DNA of 64,000 nucleotides, from NCBI GenBank assembly GCA_016839585.1, contig JAEOTZ010000072.1, positions 64,001 to 128,000 on the forward strand, written 5' to 3'. The notes below the pieces were generated by a model, which did no database searches, was not told the DNA's origin, and was given only the letters and a program-made list of their open reading frames with translations. Below are positions 30,097 through 40,530 of this stretch, in pieces; position 1 is the first letter of the stretch; the number at the start of each line of letters is the position of its first letter. The stretch is from Promethearchaeota archaeon. Lineage in GTDB: Archaea > Asgardarchaeota > Lokiarchaeia > Sigyniarchaeales > SOKP01. Both the position numbers and the translations under genes were made by a program.

Positions 30097-31452
30097 ATGT
30101 TAATTTATTTACAAATTTTTGTTATAAGTTGTTTTCTTGTCGTTATTATTGCCCTCTTTCGTGAGAAGACAGATTTTTTAACATATAGCATCGCAGCTAT
30201 GCTAGCAGCAGCTACTGCAACATTTCTTTTTTCACCGGAATCCTTCTCTATTGATGAATTTATTCTTGCAATAGATTGGCCAGTTATTTTTTTCTTAATT
30301 TCTTTATTTACGATAGTTGTTATTTTAGAGGAACAGTTAATTTTTCAGGAAATAGCGTTAAGAATCACTAGAAAATTTAGTACAAATACTCGAAAATTTT
30401 TTTGGGTAATTTGCTTAATTTCAACATTCAGTGCTGCGTTTATTGAAGATGTTTCAGTAACTGTAATTTTCATTCCCATGATTATTAGTACAAGCGAAAA
30501 GATGAGAATTAATCCTACTCCAATACTTCTAGGAATGACTATTTGTATTAATCTTGCCGCAACTTTAACTCCGTTCGGGTCTGCGCAGAATATATTAATA
30601 GCAAACAAATTTACACTTTCAACGAGCTGGTTTTTTACAAATTTAGCAGCATTTTTTATTATTGGTACATTGCTGACTCTATTTCTTCTGGATTATTTCG
30701 TTCTTAGAAAGCATTTAAAAGAGATTTGGGTTCCACATTGTGAAGAATATGAAGAGCCATTAGAAACTGAACACTTAGAAGAACATGAGTTAATTATTAT
30801 GGAAGATTCAATTAATCCTAAGATTTTTTATCGCAATTTAATTAGTTTATTCATTTTTTTCATAATGTTAATTATCATTCCAGACATTTTATTTATAGGG
30901 TTATTAGGAATGTTGTTGTTTGTATTTATTAACCCACGTAAAGGAGAGGCTGATAGAAAGAAGCCAGACATTTCTTATTACTTTTCTAAAGTAGATTTTA
31001 AATTACCTTTCTTTTTTATAAGTTTATTTATTTTGGTATTCTGTTTTGACAAAGTAGGGCTTATCGGCATCATTGAAGATTTTGTAGTAACAATTTCTCC
31101 AAATAATCTTTTCTTACTATGCATATTTGTATTAATTATAACATCTATTCTTTCAGGATTTCTTGATAACGTTCCTGTTACAGTTCTTTTTATCCCAGTC
31201 ATACAAGTTTTAATAGCTTCTGATTTTTCATCAATCCCATTGTTAATAGCATTCATATTAGGGATAAACTTAGGAGGGAACTTTTTACCACAAGGCTCAG
31301 CAGCGGATATGATGACACTCGAATTATCTACAAAATATTGCGTAGACGGGATGAATTATAAAAAACTGCTAAAGATTGGAGGGTTATTTGCCTTATTCCA
31401 TATAATTCTTGGTATTGGATATTTAGCATTAATTATTTTTATCTTCTTTTAA
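30097..31452 (+). CDS. ArsB/NhaD/SLC13-family (P-protein-like) transporter
   Basis: SAFIEDV, LTPFGSAQN, SGFLDNVP, NLGGN..P.GSAA. Confidence 0.88.
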   Translation: MLIYLQIFVISCFLVVIIALFREKTDFLTYSIAAMLAAATATFLFSPESFSIDEFILAIDWPVIFFLISLFTIVVILEEQLIFQEIALRITRKFSTNTRKFFWVICLISTFSAAFIEDVSVTVIFIPMIISTSEKMRINPTPILLGMTICINLAATLTPFGSAQNILIANKFTLSTSWFFTNLAAFFIIGTLLTLFLLDYFVLRKHLKEIWVPHCEEYEEPLETEHLEEHELIIMEDSINPKIFYRNLISLFIFFIMLIIIPDILFIGLLGMLLFVFINPRKGEADRKKPDISYYFSKVDFKLPFFFISLFILVFCFDKVGLIGIIEDFVVTISPNNLFLLCIFVLIITSILSGFLDNVPVTVLFIPVIQVLIASDFSSIPLLIAFILGINLGGNFLPQGSAADMMTLELSTKYCVDGMNYKKLLKIGGLFALFHIILGIGYLALIIFIFF

Positions 31453-31477
31453 AAAAAATGAGGTTTTAGATTACCAG

Positions 31478-32029
31478 ATGAGGAAAAATAAAGCTATCTT
31501 TTTAGACAGAGATGGCACAATAATTGAAGATAAAAATTATGCTTATAAAATTGAAGATTTAGAACTTTTACCGGGAGTGGTAGATGGTTTGAAATTATTA
31601 CAAAGGTATTTTATTTTTTTCATAATAACAAATCAATCCGGGATTGGAAGAGGTTATTATACAGTGGTGGATTTTCATAAATTTAACAATTATCTCATTA
31701 AGCAATTAAAAGAGCATAGTATTAAAATAGAAAGAACCTATTTTTGCCCTCATTTAAAAGAAGATAATTGTGAATGTAGAAAACCAAAAACAAAATTTAT
31801 TGATACTATAGTATCTGATTATAATATAAATATAGAAAATTCTTGGATGATTGGTGATCACCCTTCAGATGTTCTCTGTGGTATTAATGCAGGATGCAAA
31901 ACAGTTTTTCTCTTAACGGGACACGGTCGAAAACACATTCAAGACTTAGAAGAGAATGAAATTGCTCCAAATATCATAACTAACAACTTTTTGAAAGCAG
32001 CAAGAGAAATAATTAAAGAATTTAAATAG
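31478..32029 (+). CDS. HAD-IIIA phosphatase (GmhB/histidinol-phosphatase-like)
   Basis: FLDRDGT, ITNQSGIGRG, CPH...CECRKP, MIGD. Confidence 0.9.
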   Translation: MRKNKAIFLDRDGTIIEDKNYAYKIEDLELLPGVVDGLKLLQRYFIFFIITNQSGIGRGYYTVVDFHKFNNYLIKQLKEHSIKIERTYFCPHLKEDNCECRKPKTKFIDTIVSDYNINIENSWMIGDHPSDVLCGINAGCKTVFLLTGHGRKHIQDLEENEIAPNIITNNFLKAAREIIKEFK

Positions 32030-32135
32030 CCAATTCAAATAAAATTAAGTGGAATAGTTTTATTAAGAGATTAGTATAAAAGGGTAAATTATTATTAATT
32101 AAAAAAACATAAAATAATTTTGGTATAAGAGTACT

Positions 32136-32606
32136 TTGCTTATTAAAAAATTAAATAATGCTACTCTATGGAATAAAATCCAGAAATTGAGAGAAATTAT
32201 TAAGTCAATAGACAATTTCAAACAAAGAAAATGTTGGAATTGTAGCAAGGAGTTAAATATTTATGATTTTTTAAGTGATAATGTTGATCTTACTTTAGAA
32301 TATTTAATAAAACTATGGCAAACCGATTTAGTTGAGTTTCATTGTTGTGAATGTTTTAAAAATCTAAAGATAAAAGAATTAGAAAAATTTAATATGCAAA
32401 TAGATACAAGAACTTGTTCATTTTGTAAGAAACAATTAAATATATATGAGTATAGTAAATATTATAATTATTTAAAGATAGGAGAATTAAAATCTATTTG
32501 GTTCGACGAAAATCATAAGATTTTTTGCGATAAAATATGCTTAAGAAAATTCTATAATATAAAGGGTATTTCTCCAACAAGAATAAAAAAAATAAGTAAA
32601 AATTAA
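32136..32606 (+). CDS. Cys-rich protein with a duplicated zinc-finger-like domain
   Basis: CWNCSKELNIYDF...W...FHCCEC and CSFCKKQLNIYEY...W...FCDKIC. Confidence 0.7.
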   Translation: MLIKKLNNATLWNKIQKLREIIKSIDNFKQRKCWNCSKELNIYDFLSDNVDLTLEYLIKLWQTDLVEFHCCECFKNLKIKELEKFNMQIDTRTCSFCKKQLNIYEYSKYYNYLKIGELKSIWFDENHKIFCDKICLRKFYNIKGISPTRIKKISKN

Positions 32607-32624
32607 ATGATTTATAGGATAAGT

Positions 32625-33803
32625 TTACCCTCTCTTTTTTCCAAGATAAGGCATTGCGTGTTCATATCTTTTCATGACAAATCTAGAGATAACAATCCTC
32701 TGTATTTCTGAAGTTCCTTCATAAATTTGGTATAATTTTGCATCTCTAAATAATTTCTCAACTGGGTATGTTCTAAGATACCCATATCCACCAAAAATTT
32801 GTATAGCTTCAGTAGTTACATTCATAGCAACATCAGAAGCAAAAGCTTTGGCAATTGAGGAACTCAAATTATTATCCATTCCTTGATCAGCCTCCCATGC
32901 CGCTTTGTAAGTTAATAATCGTGCAGCTTCAATATCTTTATACATATTAGCGATCTTTTCTTGAATTACTTGATAATTTCCAATTGGACGACCGAAAGCT
33001 TCCCTCTTTTGAGCATAATCGATAGAATATTCCATTGCTGAACGAGCACATCCAACTGCAAATGCACCTATTGCTGGACGAGTATGAGCGAAGGTTTGCA
33101 TAGCTAAAACAAAACCTCTTCCCGGTTTAGCAAGGATATTTTCTTTTGGAATTCTAACATCTTTTAAACCCACTGAGACTGTATTTGATGATCTTTGACC
33201 AAGTTTAGGTATGTGTTTCCCTAATCTTACACCTTCACTTTTTGTATCTACAATAAAGGCAGCAATCCCCTTATGTTTTTTCTCCGGATCAATGGTTGCA
33301 AATACAGTAATATAATCAGCGTATCCCCCATTAGTTATCCAAAATTTATTTCCATTTAAAATATATTCATCTCCATCTTTTTCGGCATGACATTTCATAC
33401 TAGCAACATCAGAACCCATTGCTGGTTCAGAAGTGGCAAAAGCTATTAATTTAAATTTTTTTACTAACTCAGTTAAAATCCTTTGCTTTTGTTCTTCATT
33501 TCCTCCAATAACAATTGGCTCTGCTCCTAGATTATTATCAAAAACAGAAGTTGCAATACCAGGGCAAGCAGAAGATATTTCTTCTACAACAATACAAGCA
33601 TCTAATAAACTATAACCCGGTCCACCATACTCTTTAGGGATCCCTAAATTTAATAAATTCTCCTCCCACGCCTTTTTGATGACATCTAATGGAAATTCTT
33701 CTGACTCATCATATTTTTGCGCCACTGGTAATACCTCTCTTATAGCGAATTCTCTTGCTTTTTTCTGTAAAGCTTTTTGTTGTTCAGTTAAAATAAAATC
33801 CAA
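32625..33803 (-). CDS. Acyl-CoA dehydrogenase (short-chain type); likely start TTG 33803
   Basis: SEPAMGSD, LNGNKFWITNG, REAFGRPI, IFGGYGY, IYEGTSEIQR; GAGG SD upstream of TTG GAT TTT. Confidence 0.93.
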   Translation of the reverse strand: MDFILTEQQKALQKKAREFAIREVLPVAQKYDESEEFPLDVIKKAWEENLLNLGIPKEYGGPGYSLLDACIVVEEISSACPGIATSVFDNNLGAEPIVIGGNEEQKQRILTELVKKFKLIAFATSEPAMGSDVASMKCHAEKDGDEYILNGNKFWITNGGYADYITVFATIDPEKKHKGIAAFIVDTKSEGVRLGKHIPKLGQRSSNTVSVGLKDVRIPKENILAKPGRGFVLAMQTFAHTRPAIGAFAVGCARSAMEYSIDYAQKREAFGRPIGNYQVIQEKIANMYKDIEAARLLTYKAAWEADQGMDNNLSSSIAKAFASDVAMNVTTEAIQIFGGYGYLRTYPVEKLFRDAKLYQIYEGTSEIQRIVISRFVMKRYEHAMPYLGKKRG

Positions 33804-33819
33804 ATTTTTTAACCTCTTA

Positions 33820-35025
33820 TTAACCCATCTTTTCAATTAATTTATCTATAATTTCTTTGAAATCCAAATCCTCTGGTTTTGGAACAAATTTGATTTCAAT
33901 TGTCTCATCCAGAACGTCTATTTTAGTGGCTTTCATAATTTCAGCAATTTCTTTCACAGCACCTCCACCCCAACCATAGGAACCGAAAGCTAAGCCAATC
34001 TTATTCATTGGCTTTAAACCTTTTTGATAAGAGAGATATTCTGCAACTGTAGGATACAATCCATTATTTAATGTCGGACTTCCTACTAAAATTGCCCTAG
34101 CCTTCATAGCTTCTGTTATTACATCAGAGTAATCTGCATTAGTTAGTCTATATCTTTTTACCGGAATGCTTCTATGACTAATCTCTTTAAATAATGCTTT
34201 GGCAATTTTACTTGTGCTTTCCCACATTGTATCATAAACAATTAAAACACTGTTTTTATCGATCTCACCCGCAGACCATTTCTTATAAGCGTCAATGATC
34301 TTGCCAATGTTACTCCTCCAGCAGACTCCATGGGAAGGACATATTATATCAATAGGCAAAGCACCCACTTTTGGTAATGCTTTTGCTATTAATCCAGATA
34401 AATGGAGTAAAATATTCGCATAATATTTTTCTGCTTCTTCCATAACCTCACATAAGTCATTTTCATCATCCCAACGTTTGGATGTAGCATAATGTTGGCC
34501 AAAAGCGTCATTGCAAAAGAGTACATTTTTACCGTTCTCGTCAGACATAAAAGAAACCATTGAATCAGGCCAATGTATCATTGGAATTGGTACGAAGGTA
34601 AACTTTTTACCGTTCCCTATATCTAAAGTATCACCTTCCTTGACAGCTCTTATTTTGTTAAACAGATCTTCTTCAACCTCTTCATGAAAATGTGCCTTTA
34701 ATGCATCGACTCCTCTTTGAGATGCGATCAATTCAGCATTTGGTAAATGCTTAATTATAAGTGGAAATGATCCAGAATGATCCATTTCAACATGGTTTGT
34801 TATATAATAATCAATTTCTGCTGGATCACATACAGCTTTTATACTTTTTAAGAAAGATTCAAAATATGGGCGTTTTACCGCATCAATTAATACAGTTTTT
34901 TCGCCTTTAACAATATAGGCGTTATAAGAACTCCCCCGATGAGTTGAATATCCATGAAAGTTCCTTACTTCCCAATCTATATATCCAACATAATAGATAT
35001 CTTTCATTAATTCTAAATGTGTCAT
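33820..35025 (-). CDS. fprA: Flavodiiron protein (FprA)
   Basis: GSSYNAY, NHVEMDHSG, HWPDSM, DAFGQH, PSHG, flavodoxin domain DTMWEST...FGSYGW. Confidence 0.95.
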   Translation of the reverse strand: MTHLELMKDIYYVGYIDWEVRNFHGYSTHRGSSYNAYIVKGEKTVLIDAVKRPYFESFLKSIKAVCDPAEIDYYITNHVEMDHSGSFPLIIKHLPNAELIASQRGVDALKAHFHEEVEEDLFNKIRAVKEGDTLDIGNGKKFTFVPIPMIHWPDSMVSFMSDENGKNVLFCNDAFGQHYATSKRWDDENDLCEVMEEAEKYYANILLHLSGLIAKALPKVGALPIDIICPSHGVCWRSNIGKIIDAYKKWSAGEIDKNSVLIVYDTMWESTSKIAKALFKEISHRSIPVKRYRLTNADYSDVITEAMKARAILVGSPTLNNGLYPTVAEYLSYQKGLKPMNKIGLAFGSYGWGGGAVKEIAEIMKATKIDVLDETIEIKFVPKPEDLDFKEIIDKLIEKMG

Positions 35026-35168
35026 TTTTCTTTCACTTTTATTATTTTAGGATTTAGTTGATATTTATTATATTTTAAATCAAGTTAAAAAGTTACTTTC
35101 TATCAATTATAAAATTTTATAGAAACCAAGTAATTAAAAAAAAATTATTATTTAAGAAATGTTAAAAA

Positions 35169-35306
35169 TTAGTCAATTTTTTCAAACATATCTTTTCCAA
35201 CACCACATACTGGACATGTCCAATCATCTGGTAAATCTTCAAATTTGGTACCTTCAGCCTCTTCATCATATACGTATCCACAGGCTTGACATTCCCATTT
35301 TCCCAT
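35169..35306 (-). CDS. Rubredoxin, 45 aa (absent from the ORF track)
   Basis: Manual translation [45 protein letters not shown]; GGAGA SD upstream. Confidence 0.95.
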   Translation of the reverse strand: MGKWECQACGYVYDEEAEGTKFEDLPDDWTCPVCGVGKDMFEKID

Positions 35307-35399
35307 TAGAATCTCCTTAATTATTTTAATTTTAAAAATTTTTATGGATTTAAATTTGAGTATTGTTAAAAATATTAAGCTAATATTTTATAAAAATGT

Positions 35400-35552
35400 T
35401 TAAGAAATTGATACTTTTTCAAACATTCTTTTAGAGCTTCGGCATTTTGGACATTTAAACTTAGCATCATCTTGTTCTTCCAATGATTTCTCTTGTTGCT
35501 CATCGATATATAGGAATTTACACTTTTTACATCTATATGTCGCCAAGTACAT
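35400..35552 (-). CDS. Rubredoxin-like protein, 48-50 aa, divergent (absent from the ORF track)
   Basis: Manual translation MYLATYRCKKCKFLYIDEQQEKSLEEQDDAKFKCPKCRSSKRMFEKVSIS; GGTGA SD suggests a possible TTG start at 35546. Confidence 0.85.
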   Translation of the reverse strand: MYLATYRCKKCKFLYIDEQQEKSLEEQDDAKFKCPKCRSSKRMFEKVSIS

Positions 35553-35731
35553 TCACCATCATATTTTTATTTCTTAAACTTATTTTTTTATTTTTTATAT
35601 TTAAGATATTTCAAATATCTAGCCAATTTTTAGAATGTAGTTATATCTTTAATGTTAACTATTTTTAATCGTTGAATTTAAAAAATTATTTTATAAAGAA
35701 GATAAATAAAAATAAATTAAGATTCAAAACG

Positions 35732-37078
35732 TTAATCTTTTATTTTAAATTCATCTTTTGGGGCTCCACATTCAGGACATTTGAAATTTTGAAGTAAATC
35801 TTTGAAAAGAACATCCATTTTAGCCTCATCATACTCCATACCACAGTTCGAACAGATATAAGTGTATAATTCTAATAATTTTTTCAACTCATCTCTGTTA
35901 ACATCTTCTTCCATCTTATTATACACGAAAGGCATAGCTTTATTTTCACCAAATAGAATTGCTCCTTTAAGTTTATTATCTTTTAAGACTAATTTTTGAT
36001 AGCAGCAATCTTTTTTATCAGCTTTTTTAAGAATCTCCCAGCTCCCCCCTTCTTCCTTAGTAGGATCTATCGTTCCTATTGAAGTTAATTCTAATCCAAC
36101 AATTTTGAGCGTATTTTTGGGAGTAGTTCCCTTATAATCTGTTTTTTTAAGTCCTAGCACAGATGAAGCTGCTATTTTTGATTGTTCCATACAGGCAGGA
36201 ATAATGCCCCAAATTTGATTTTTATATTCTATACAATCCCCAACAGCATAAATATCTTTTTCACTAGTTTCTAAAAATTCATTTACAATAATGCCTTTAT
36301 TTGTATGAATATTTACTTCTTTAGCTAAATCTATTGTAGGTCTTATACCTGCTTGTATTAAAACAATATCAGCATCTAATGTTTGTCCATCTTTTAATTT
36401 AATCCCAGTGACTCTACCATTTCCTAAAATTTCTTGAGTAGCAGCATCTAAGACTACTTTTATTCCGCGGCTTTCAACCTCTTCTTTTAACATAGTACCA
36501 CATTCTTCATCTAGTTGTCTTGGTAATAATCGAGGGAAGAATTCTACAACTGTGGTTTCTAAATTGTAATCTTTTATTTGATTAGCCAGTTCTAGACCAA
36601 GTAAACCCCCACCAATAACAATTGCTTTCTCGACTGCAAATTTCTTTATGTAATCTCGAATTTCTAAAGCATCATTTATGCTCCGCAATGTGAATACTCC
36701 TTTTTTTTCTGTTTTCATTTCTGAAGCATTTTTTATTGGTGGAATGTTAGGAACACTCCCCAATGCCAGAATGAGTTTATCATATGAAAAAGGGGTTTTC
36801 TCTCCCTCAATATAAATAATTTTATTGTTTGGATCAATTTTATTTACCTTTTTATTCAGACTTAATTTCAAATTTTTATTCTTGTACCACTCATCCTTAA
36901 AAACAATTAAATCGTCAATTCTAACTTTTTTAGAAATTAATTCCGGTAATTTAACTCTTGTATAGTAAGGATAATTTTCTTGGGTGAATATCTCAATCTC
37001 TATTTCATTATTAAGATATCTAATATTCTGTGCTGTAAATGTCCCGGCAACATTGTTCCCTATAATTACAACTTTCAT
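35732..37078 (-). CDS. NAD(P)H:rubredoxin oxidoreductase (NirB/NROR-like) with C-terminal rubredoxin domain
   Basis: FAD/NADH motifs GGGLLGLE and YAVGD; C-terminal YICSNCG...FKCPECGAPK. Confidence 0.9.
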   Translation of the reverse strand: MKVVIIGNNVAGTFTAQNIRYLNNEIEIEIFTQENYPYYTRVKLPELISKKVRIDDLIVFKDEWYKNKNLKLSLNKKVNKIDPNNKIIYIEGEKTPFSYDKLILALGSVPNIPPIKNASEMKTEKKGVFTLRSINDALEIRDYIKKFAVEKAIVIGGGLLGLELANQIKDYNLETTVVEFFPRLLPRQLDEECGTMLKEEVESRGIKVVLDAATQEILGNGRVTGIKLKDGQTLDADIVLIQAGIRPTIDLAKEVNIHTNKGIIVNEFLETSEKDIYAVGDCIEYKNQIWGIIPACMEQSKIAASSVLGLKKTDYKGTTPKNTLKIVGLELTSIGTIDPTKEEGGSWEILKKADKKDCCYQKLVLKDNKLKGAILFGENKAMPFVYNKMEEDVNRDELKKLLELYTYICSNCGMEYDEAKMDVLFKDLLQNFKCPECGAPKDEFKIKD

Positions 37079-37152
37079 AAATGTTACAGTCTTACCATTT
37101 TATATTAAAGTTTTTGTTATAAAATGTTAATCTTAGTGTAATTAGAGCTTGA

Positions 37153-37986
37153 ATGAACATGTTCGAAATTAAAAATATATTCAAATCTCCATACAAAATA
37201 ACTATGATAGAAACAAAACAAAAAATACTCAATAGAAAAATAATAAAAATTGACGAGGATCTTTGTACGGGTTGTGGAAACTGTGTTATTACCTGTGCTG
37301 AAGGAGCTTTGGAAGTTATAGATGGAAAAGCTAGAGTAGTAAACGAAATTTTCTGCGATGGATTAGGAGCATGTATAGGAGAATGTCCTGAAGGAGCTCT
37401 TGATATTATTGAAAGAGAAGCGTTAGAATTTGATGAGGAAGCTGTTGAAAAACATTTAGAATCATTGAAGCATATGGAAAAAGAGATGAATGCGATTGGA
37501 GAAAGTACTACAAATGAAGCGCCACTTCCTTGTGGTTGTCCCTCTTCAAAAACAATAGTATTTAGTGATATAAAGGAAGAAACAGAGGTTGCTGGAAAAA
37601 TTACTTCAACATTACGACAATGGCCTGTTCAAATGCATTTAATCTCTCCTATAGCGCCATATTACCATGGGGCAGATGTTGTCCTTTCAGCAGATTGTGT
37701 TGCATACTCGTATGGTGATTTTCATAGGGACTTTCTAAAGAATAAATCTATTGCTATTGCCTGTCCTAAACTGGATCAAGGTCGAGATATTTATATCGAA
37801 AAAATTAAAGCCTTGATAGATGACGCTAAAATTAACACTCTAACTGTTGCGATGATGGAAGTTCCTTGTTGTTCGGGATTATTAGCGTTAGCCCAAGAAG
37901 CAGTTAAGAGAGCAAATCGAAAAGTTCCAATAAAATTTATTATTATTGGCATAAAAGGAGATATTTTAAAAGAAGAATGGATCTAA
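37153..37986 (+). CDS. 2x[4Fe-4S] ferredoxin-domain protein with Cys-rich C-terminal domain (start probably near 37204)
   Basis: CTGCGNCVITC, CDGLGACIGECP, CGCPS, QWPVQ, ADC, CPKLD, MEVPCC. Confidence 0.85.
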   Translation: MNMFEIKNIFKSPYKITMIETKQKILNRKIIKIDEDLCTGCGNCVITCAEGALEVIDGKARVVNEIFCDGLGACIGECPEGALDIIEREALEFDEEAVEKHLESLKHMEKEMNAIGESTTNEAPLPCGCPSSKTIVFSDIKEETEVAGKITSTLRQWPVQMHLISPIAPYYHGADVVLSADCVAYSYGDFHRDFLKNKSIAIACPKLDQGRDIYIEKIKALIDDAKINTLTVAMMEVPCCSGLLALAQEAVKRANRKVPIKFIIIGIKGDILKEEWI

Positions 37987-38001
37987 TTTTTTTTATTTTT
38001 T

Positions 38002-38655
38002 TTAGAGTTCAAACATAACCTTTTTCTTAATTATCTTCCTCAGCATAACTGATAAGGCAGATTTTGATTTCCCTAGTTTATTAGCTAATTCTTCTAAGGA
38101 TATGTTTCTAGGAATCTCAAAAAATCCTAAAGAAATTGCCTTATCTAGAACATTAGATTGATCATAAGTTAATTTGTGTTTGTCATCCTCTAGGATATAA
38201 GGCGATTTTCCAATCCTTAAAAGTTCAAAATCAATATTTCTTTGCTCGAAAAGCGTCAATAATCGATCAATACTTTTTCTACTAGATATTAGACGCCAAT
38301 AGGCATAACCATCTTTAACTCTTACTGGAAAATTTATTAGAACTCCACATTTAATTACGGCATACAATAGATATGGGTCCTTGGTTTTTACGTTAAACTT
38401 AACTTTTCTAACTTCTTGCTCTAAAATACTAAATTCAAATACAGATGGATGATTTTTGATTTCTTGAATGATCGAATCTATGTTATAATGCATTATCTCA
38501 ATTATTGAGTTTCCTATTGATTTTTCCAGATCATAAGGAAGAAAATATGAAATCTCCATTTTCAGATCAGGAAAATTTTCAAAGAGTTCTGAAATCCATA
38601 ACCCATCTGGAAATTTTATCTTGATTCTAGCTAAGCTCGATTTACTTGAATCCAT
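38002..38655 (-). CDS. Bacterio-opsin-activator-like HTH-10 transcriptional regulator
   Basis: LTYDQSNVLDKAISLGFFEIPRNISLEELANKLGKSKSALSVMLRK. Confidence 0.88.
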   Translation of the reverse strand: MDSSKSSLARIKIKFPDGLWISELFENFPDLKMEISYFLPYDLEKSIGNSIIEIMHYNIDSIIQEIKNHPSVFEFSILEQEVRKVKFNVKTKDPYLLYAVIKCGVLINFPVRVKDGYAYWRLISSRKSIDRLLTLFEQRNIDFELLRIGKSPYILEDDKHKLTYDQSNVLDKAISLGFFEIPRNISLEELANKLGKSKSALSVMLRKIIKKKVMFEL

Positions 38656-38740
38656 CCTTAATTATTAGTGTTTAAGAATTTAAAACTTTTTTTTAGATAT
38701 TAACAATATATAATTATATTATTAGCTAAATTGTATTATA

Positions 38741-39337
38741 ATGGTTGAAAATCAGAATTTATTGTTAGGGATATGCGGAAGCCCGAGAAAACAAGGAACT
38801 GAGTATGCAGTCCAGTATGCTTTAAATTATGCTAATGAAAAGTTTGGATTTGAAACAGAATACTGGACTATAAGAAGTAAAGATATTAACTTTTGTATTC
38901 ATTGTGATTATTGTATTAGAGAGAAAAAAGGTTGTGTTCATGAAGATGATCTGCAAGAACTTTATCCAAAAATTGAAACTGCAAAATTTTTACTCTTTGG
39001 AACACCAGTATTCCAAGGAAACTTATCTGGGCAACTAAAAACGGTAATGGATCGATGCCGTGCTTTAGTAGCAAAAAGTCCAAATGTATTAAAAGGTAAA
39101 GTTGGAGTGGCTCTAGCAGTTGGTGGAGATCGAAGTGGAGGGCAAGAAATTGCTATTAGAAGTATATTAGATTTTTATCAGCAAAACCATATTCATTCAG
39201 TCTCAGGTGGAGCTTTTGGAGCTAATTTGGGCGCAAGTCTATGGAGTAGGGATATGGGTAAACAAGGTATCGAACTAGATGAAGAAGGACTGAGAACATT
39301 ACGAAAAGTAATAAAAAGATTAGCAGAATTTAAATAA
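38741..39337 (+). CDS. Iron-sulfur flavoprotein (Isf)/flavodoxin family
   Basis: GSPRK.GT, CIHCDYC-x5-C, GTPVF, GGQE. Confidence 0.9.
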   Translation: MVENQNLLLGICGSPRKQGTEYAVQYALNYANEKFGFETEYWTIRSKDINFCIHCDYCIREKKGCVHEDDLQELYPKIETAKFLLFGTPVFQGNLSGQLKTVMDRCRALVAKSPNVLKGKVGVALAVGGDRSGGQEIAIRSILDFYQQNHIHSVSGGAFGANLGASLWSRDMGKQGIELDEEGLRTLRKVIKRLAEFK

Positions 39338-39476
39338 TGAAATAAATTTAAGAAAATTGGACTCCTTATTCTTTTTAACTCTGCAAAAACACTTTTTAAT
39401 TAAATAAAATAAGCAAAATTTTTATTTATTCAAGTGCCCTATTCAATGGGTTTTAGCTTTAAGTAACCAAATTGAG

Positions 39477-39971
39477 GTGGAACTTATGGATTATATGACG
39501 TCATGTATCATTCTTAGTAATCTTGTTTGTATTCCTGCTATGGGTTTGCTATTATGGCAAATGGGTTGGAAAAACTGGTCAAAGTGGTTATTAATAATAC
39601 CATCAATCGCTTTAATGGATTTAGATCATTTTTTATTAACGAATGTACCTGGTTTTGGAGCTGAACCAGCATCTGGTCAGAAAATACTGCATGTTGCTCA
39701 TACTTTTGAATTTCTTGCTCTAGAGATAGTTCTAATCTTAATATATTTCCTATGGGTGGATCCTCGACAAGACCGTAATATAAAAACTTGGTTTTTTCCC
39801 TTATCCCCAGATTACTCTAAGCAATGGAAATATTACCTCGCATGGACAGTACGTATCCTTATTTTCGGTTTAATAATTCACTGGCTTCTGGATTTGGTCA
39901 TTTATACAGTTCATCATAAATGGGACTATCTATATGTTTCACTTGTAGAATACTTTTTACATCCAACTTAA
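39477..39971 (+). CDS. Membrane protein, metal-dependent hydrolase-like (YdjM-like)
   Basis: DLDH...LHVAH...HWLLD in a TM context. Confidence 0.6.
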   Translation: MELMDYMTSCIILSNLVCIPAMGLLLWQMGWKNWSKWLLIIPSIALMDLDHFLLTNVPGFGAEPASGQKILHVAHTFEFLALEIVLILIYFLWVDPRQDRNIKTWFFPLSPDYSKQWKYYLAWTVRILIFGLIIHWLLDLVIYTVHHKWDYLYVSLVEYFLHPT

Positions 39972-40029
39972 TGAGAAATAAAATAAGGTTATCAGAATTT
40001 AAAAAATAAACAAAAAAATTTAAAAAAAA

Positions 40030-40323
40030 TTATTTTACTCCAAATAATTTCTTAGCCTCTTTTTCTCTGAGGCCAGAAATACCCCAAAGCTCCTTAAACC
40101 AGTATTTTCCTTTATGTATTACTACAGGGGTATTCACAATACATCCATCAGCATCACAAAACGTTGTTAGAAAATTATCATCGTGTAATAAGTTATGTAC
40201 AAACTCTTCGTCATTAATATCTCGTTCAACGTATTTAACATCACGTTCATCCAACCACTCTTTTAATTCATGACATCTCGAACAATCAGTTTTTGTAATT
40301 AATAAAGGTGTTTTTGCTTCCAT
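40030..40323 (-). CDS. Glutaredoxin-like protein
   Basis: CSRC, cis-Pro TP, insertion FCDADGC. Confidence 0.8.
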   Translation of the reverse strand: MEAKTPLLITKTDCSRCHELKEWLDERDVKYVERDINDEEFVHNLLHDDNFLTTFCDADGCIVNTPVVIHKGKYWFKELWGISGLREKEAKKLFGVK

Positions 40324-40530
40324 ATTTATAAAATAAGCATATATAGTAAAAAATCTTTATCTTCTAAATTATAAATTTAGCAAATGTGAAAACAATTTTC
40401 AATGGATTTAGAGAAGAAAATCTTATAAATCATATAAAAATGTCAAAATTTAATATTTTAAAAAATAAAAGGATAAAATCAATTTCTCTTAACATTCTTT
40501 TTCATTTTCAGAATTTTTTAATAATTTATT

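Noticed and set aside
35483-35668. 61-aa + strand ORF from the track
   Set aside because: Low-complexity shadow overlapping the rubredoxin-like gene on the - strand
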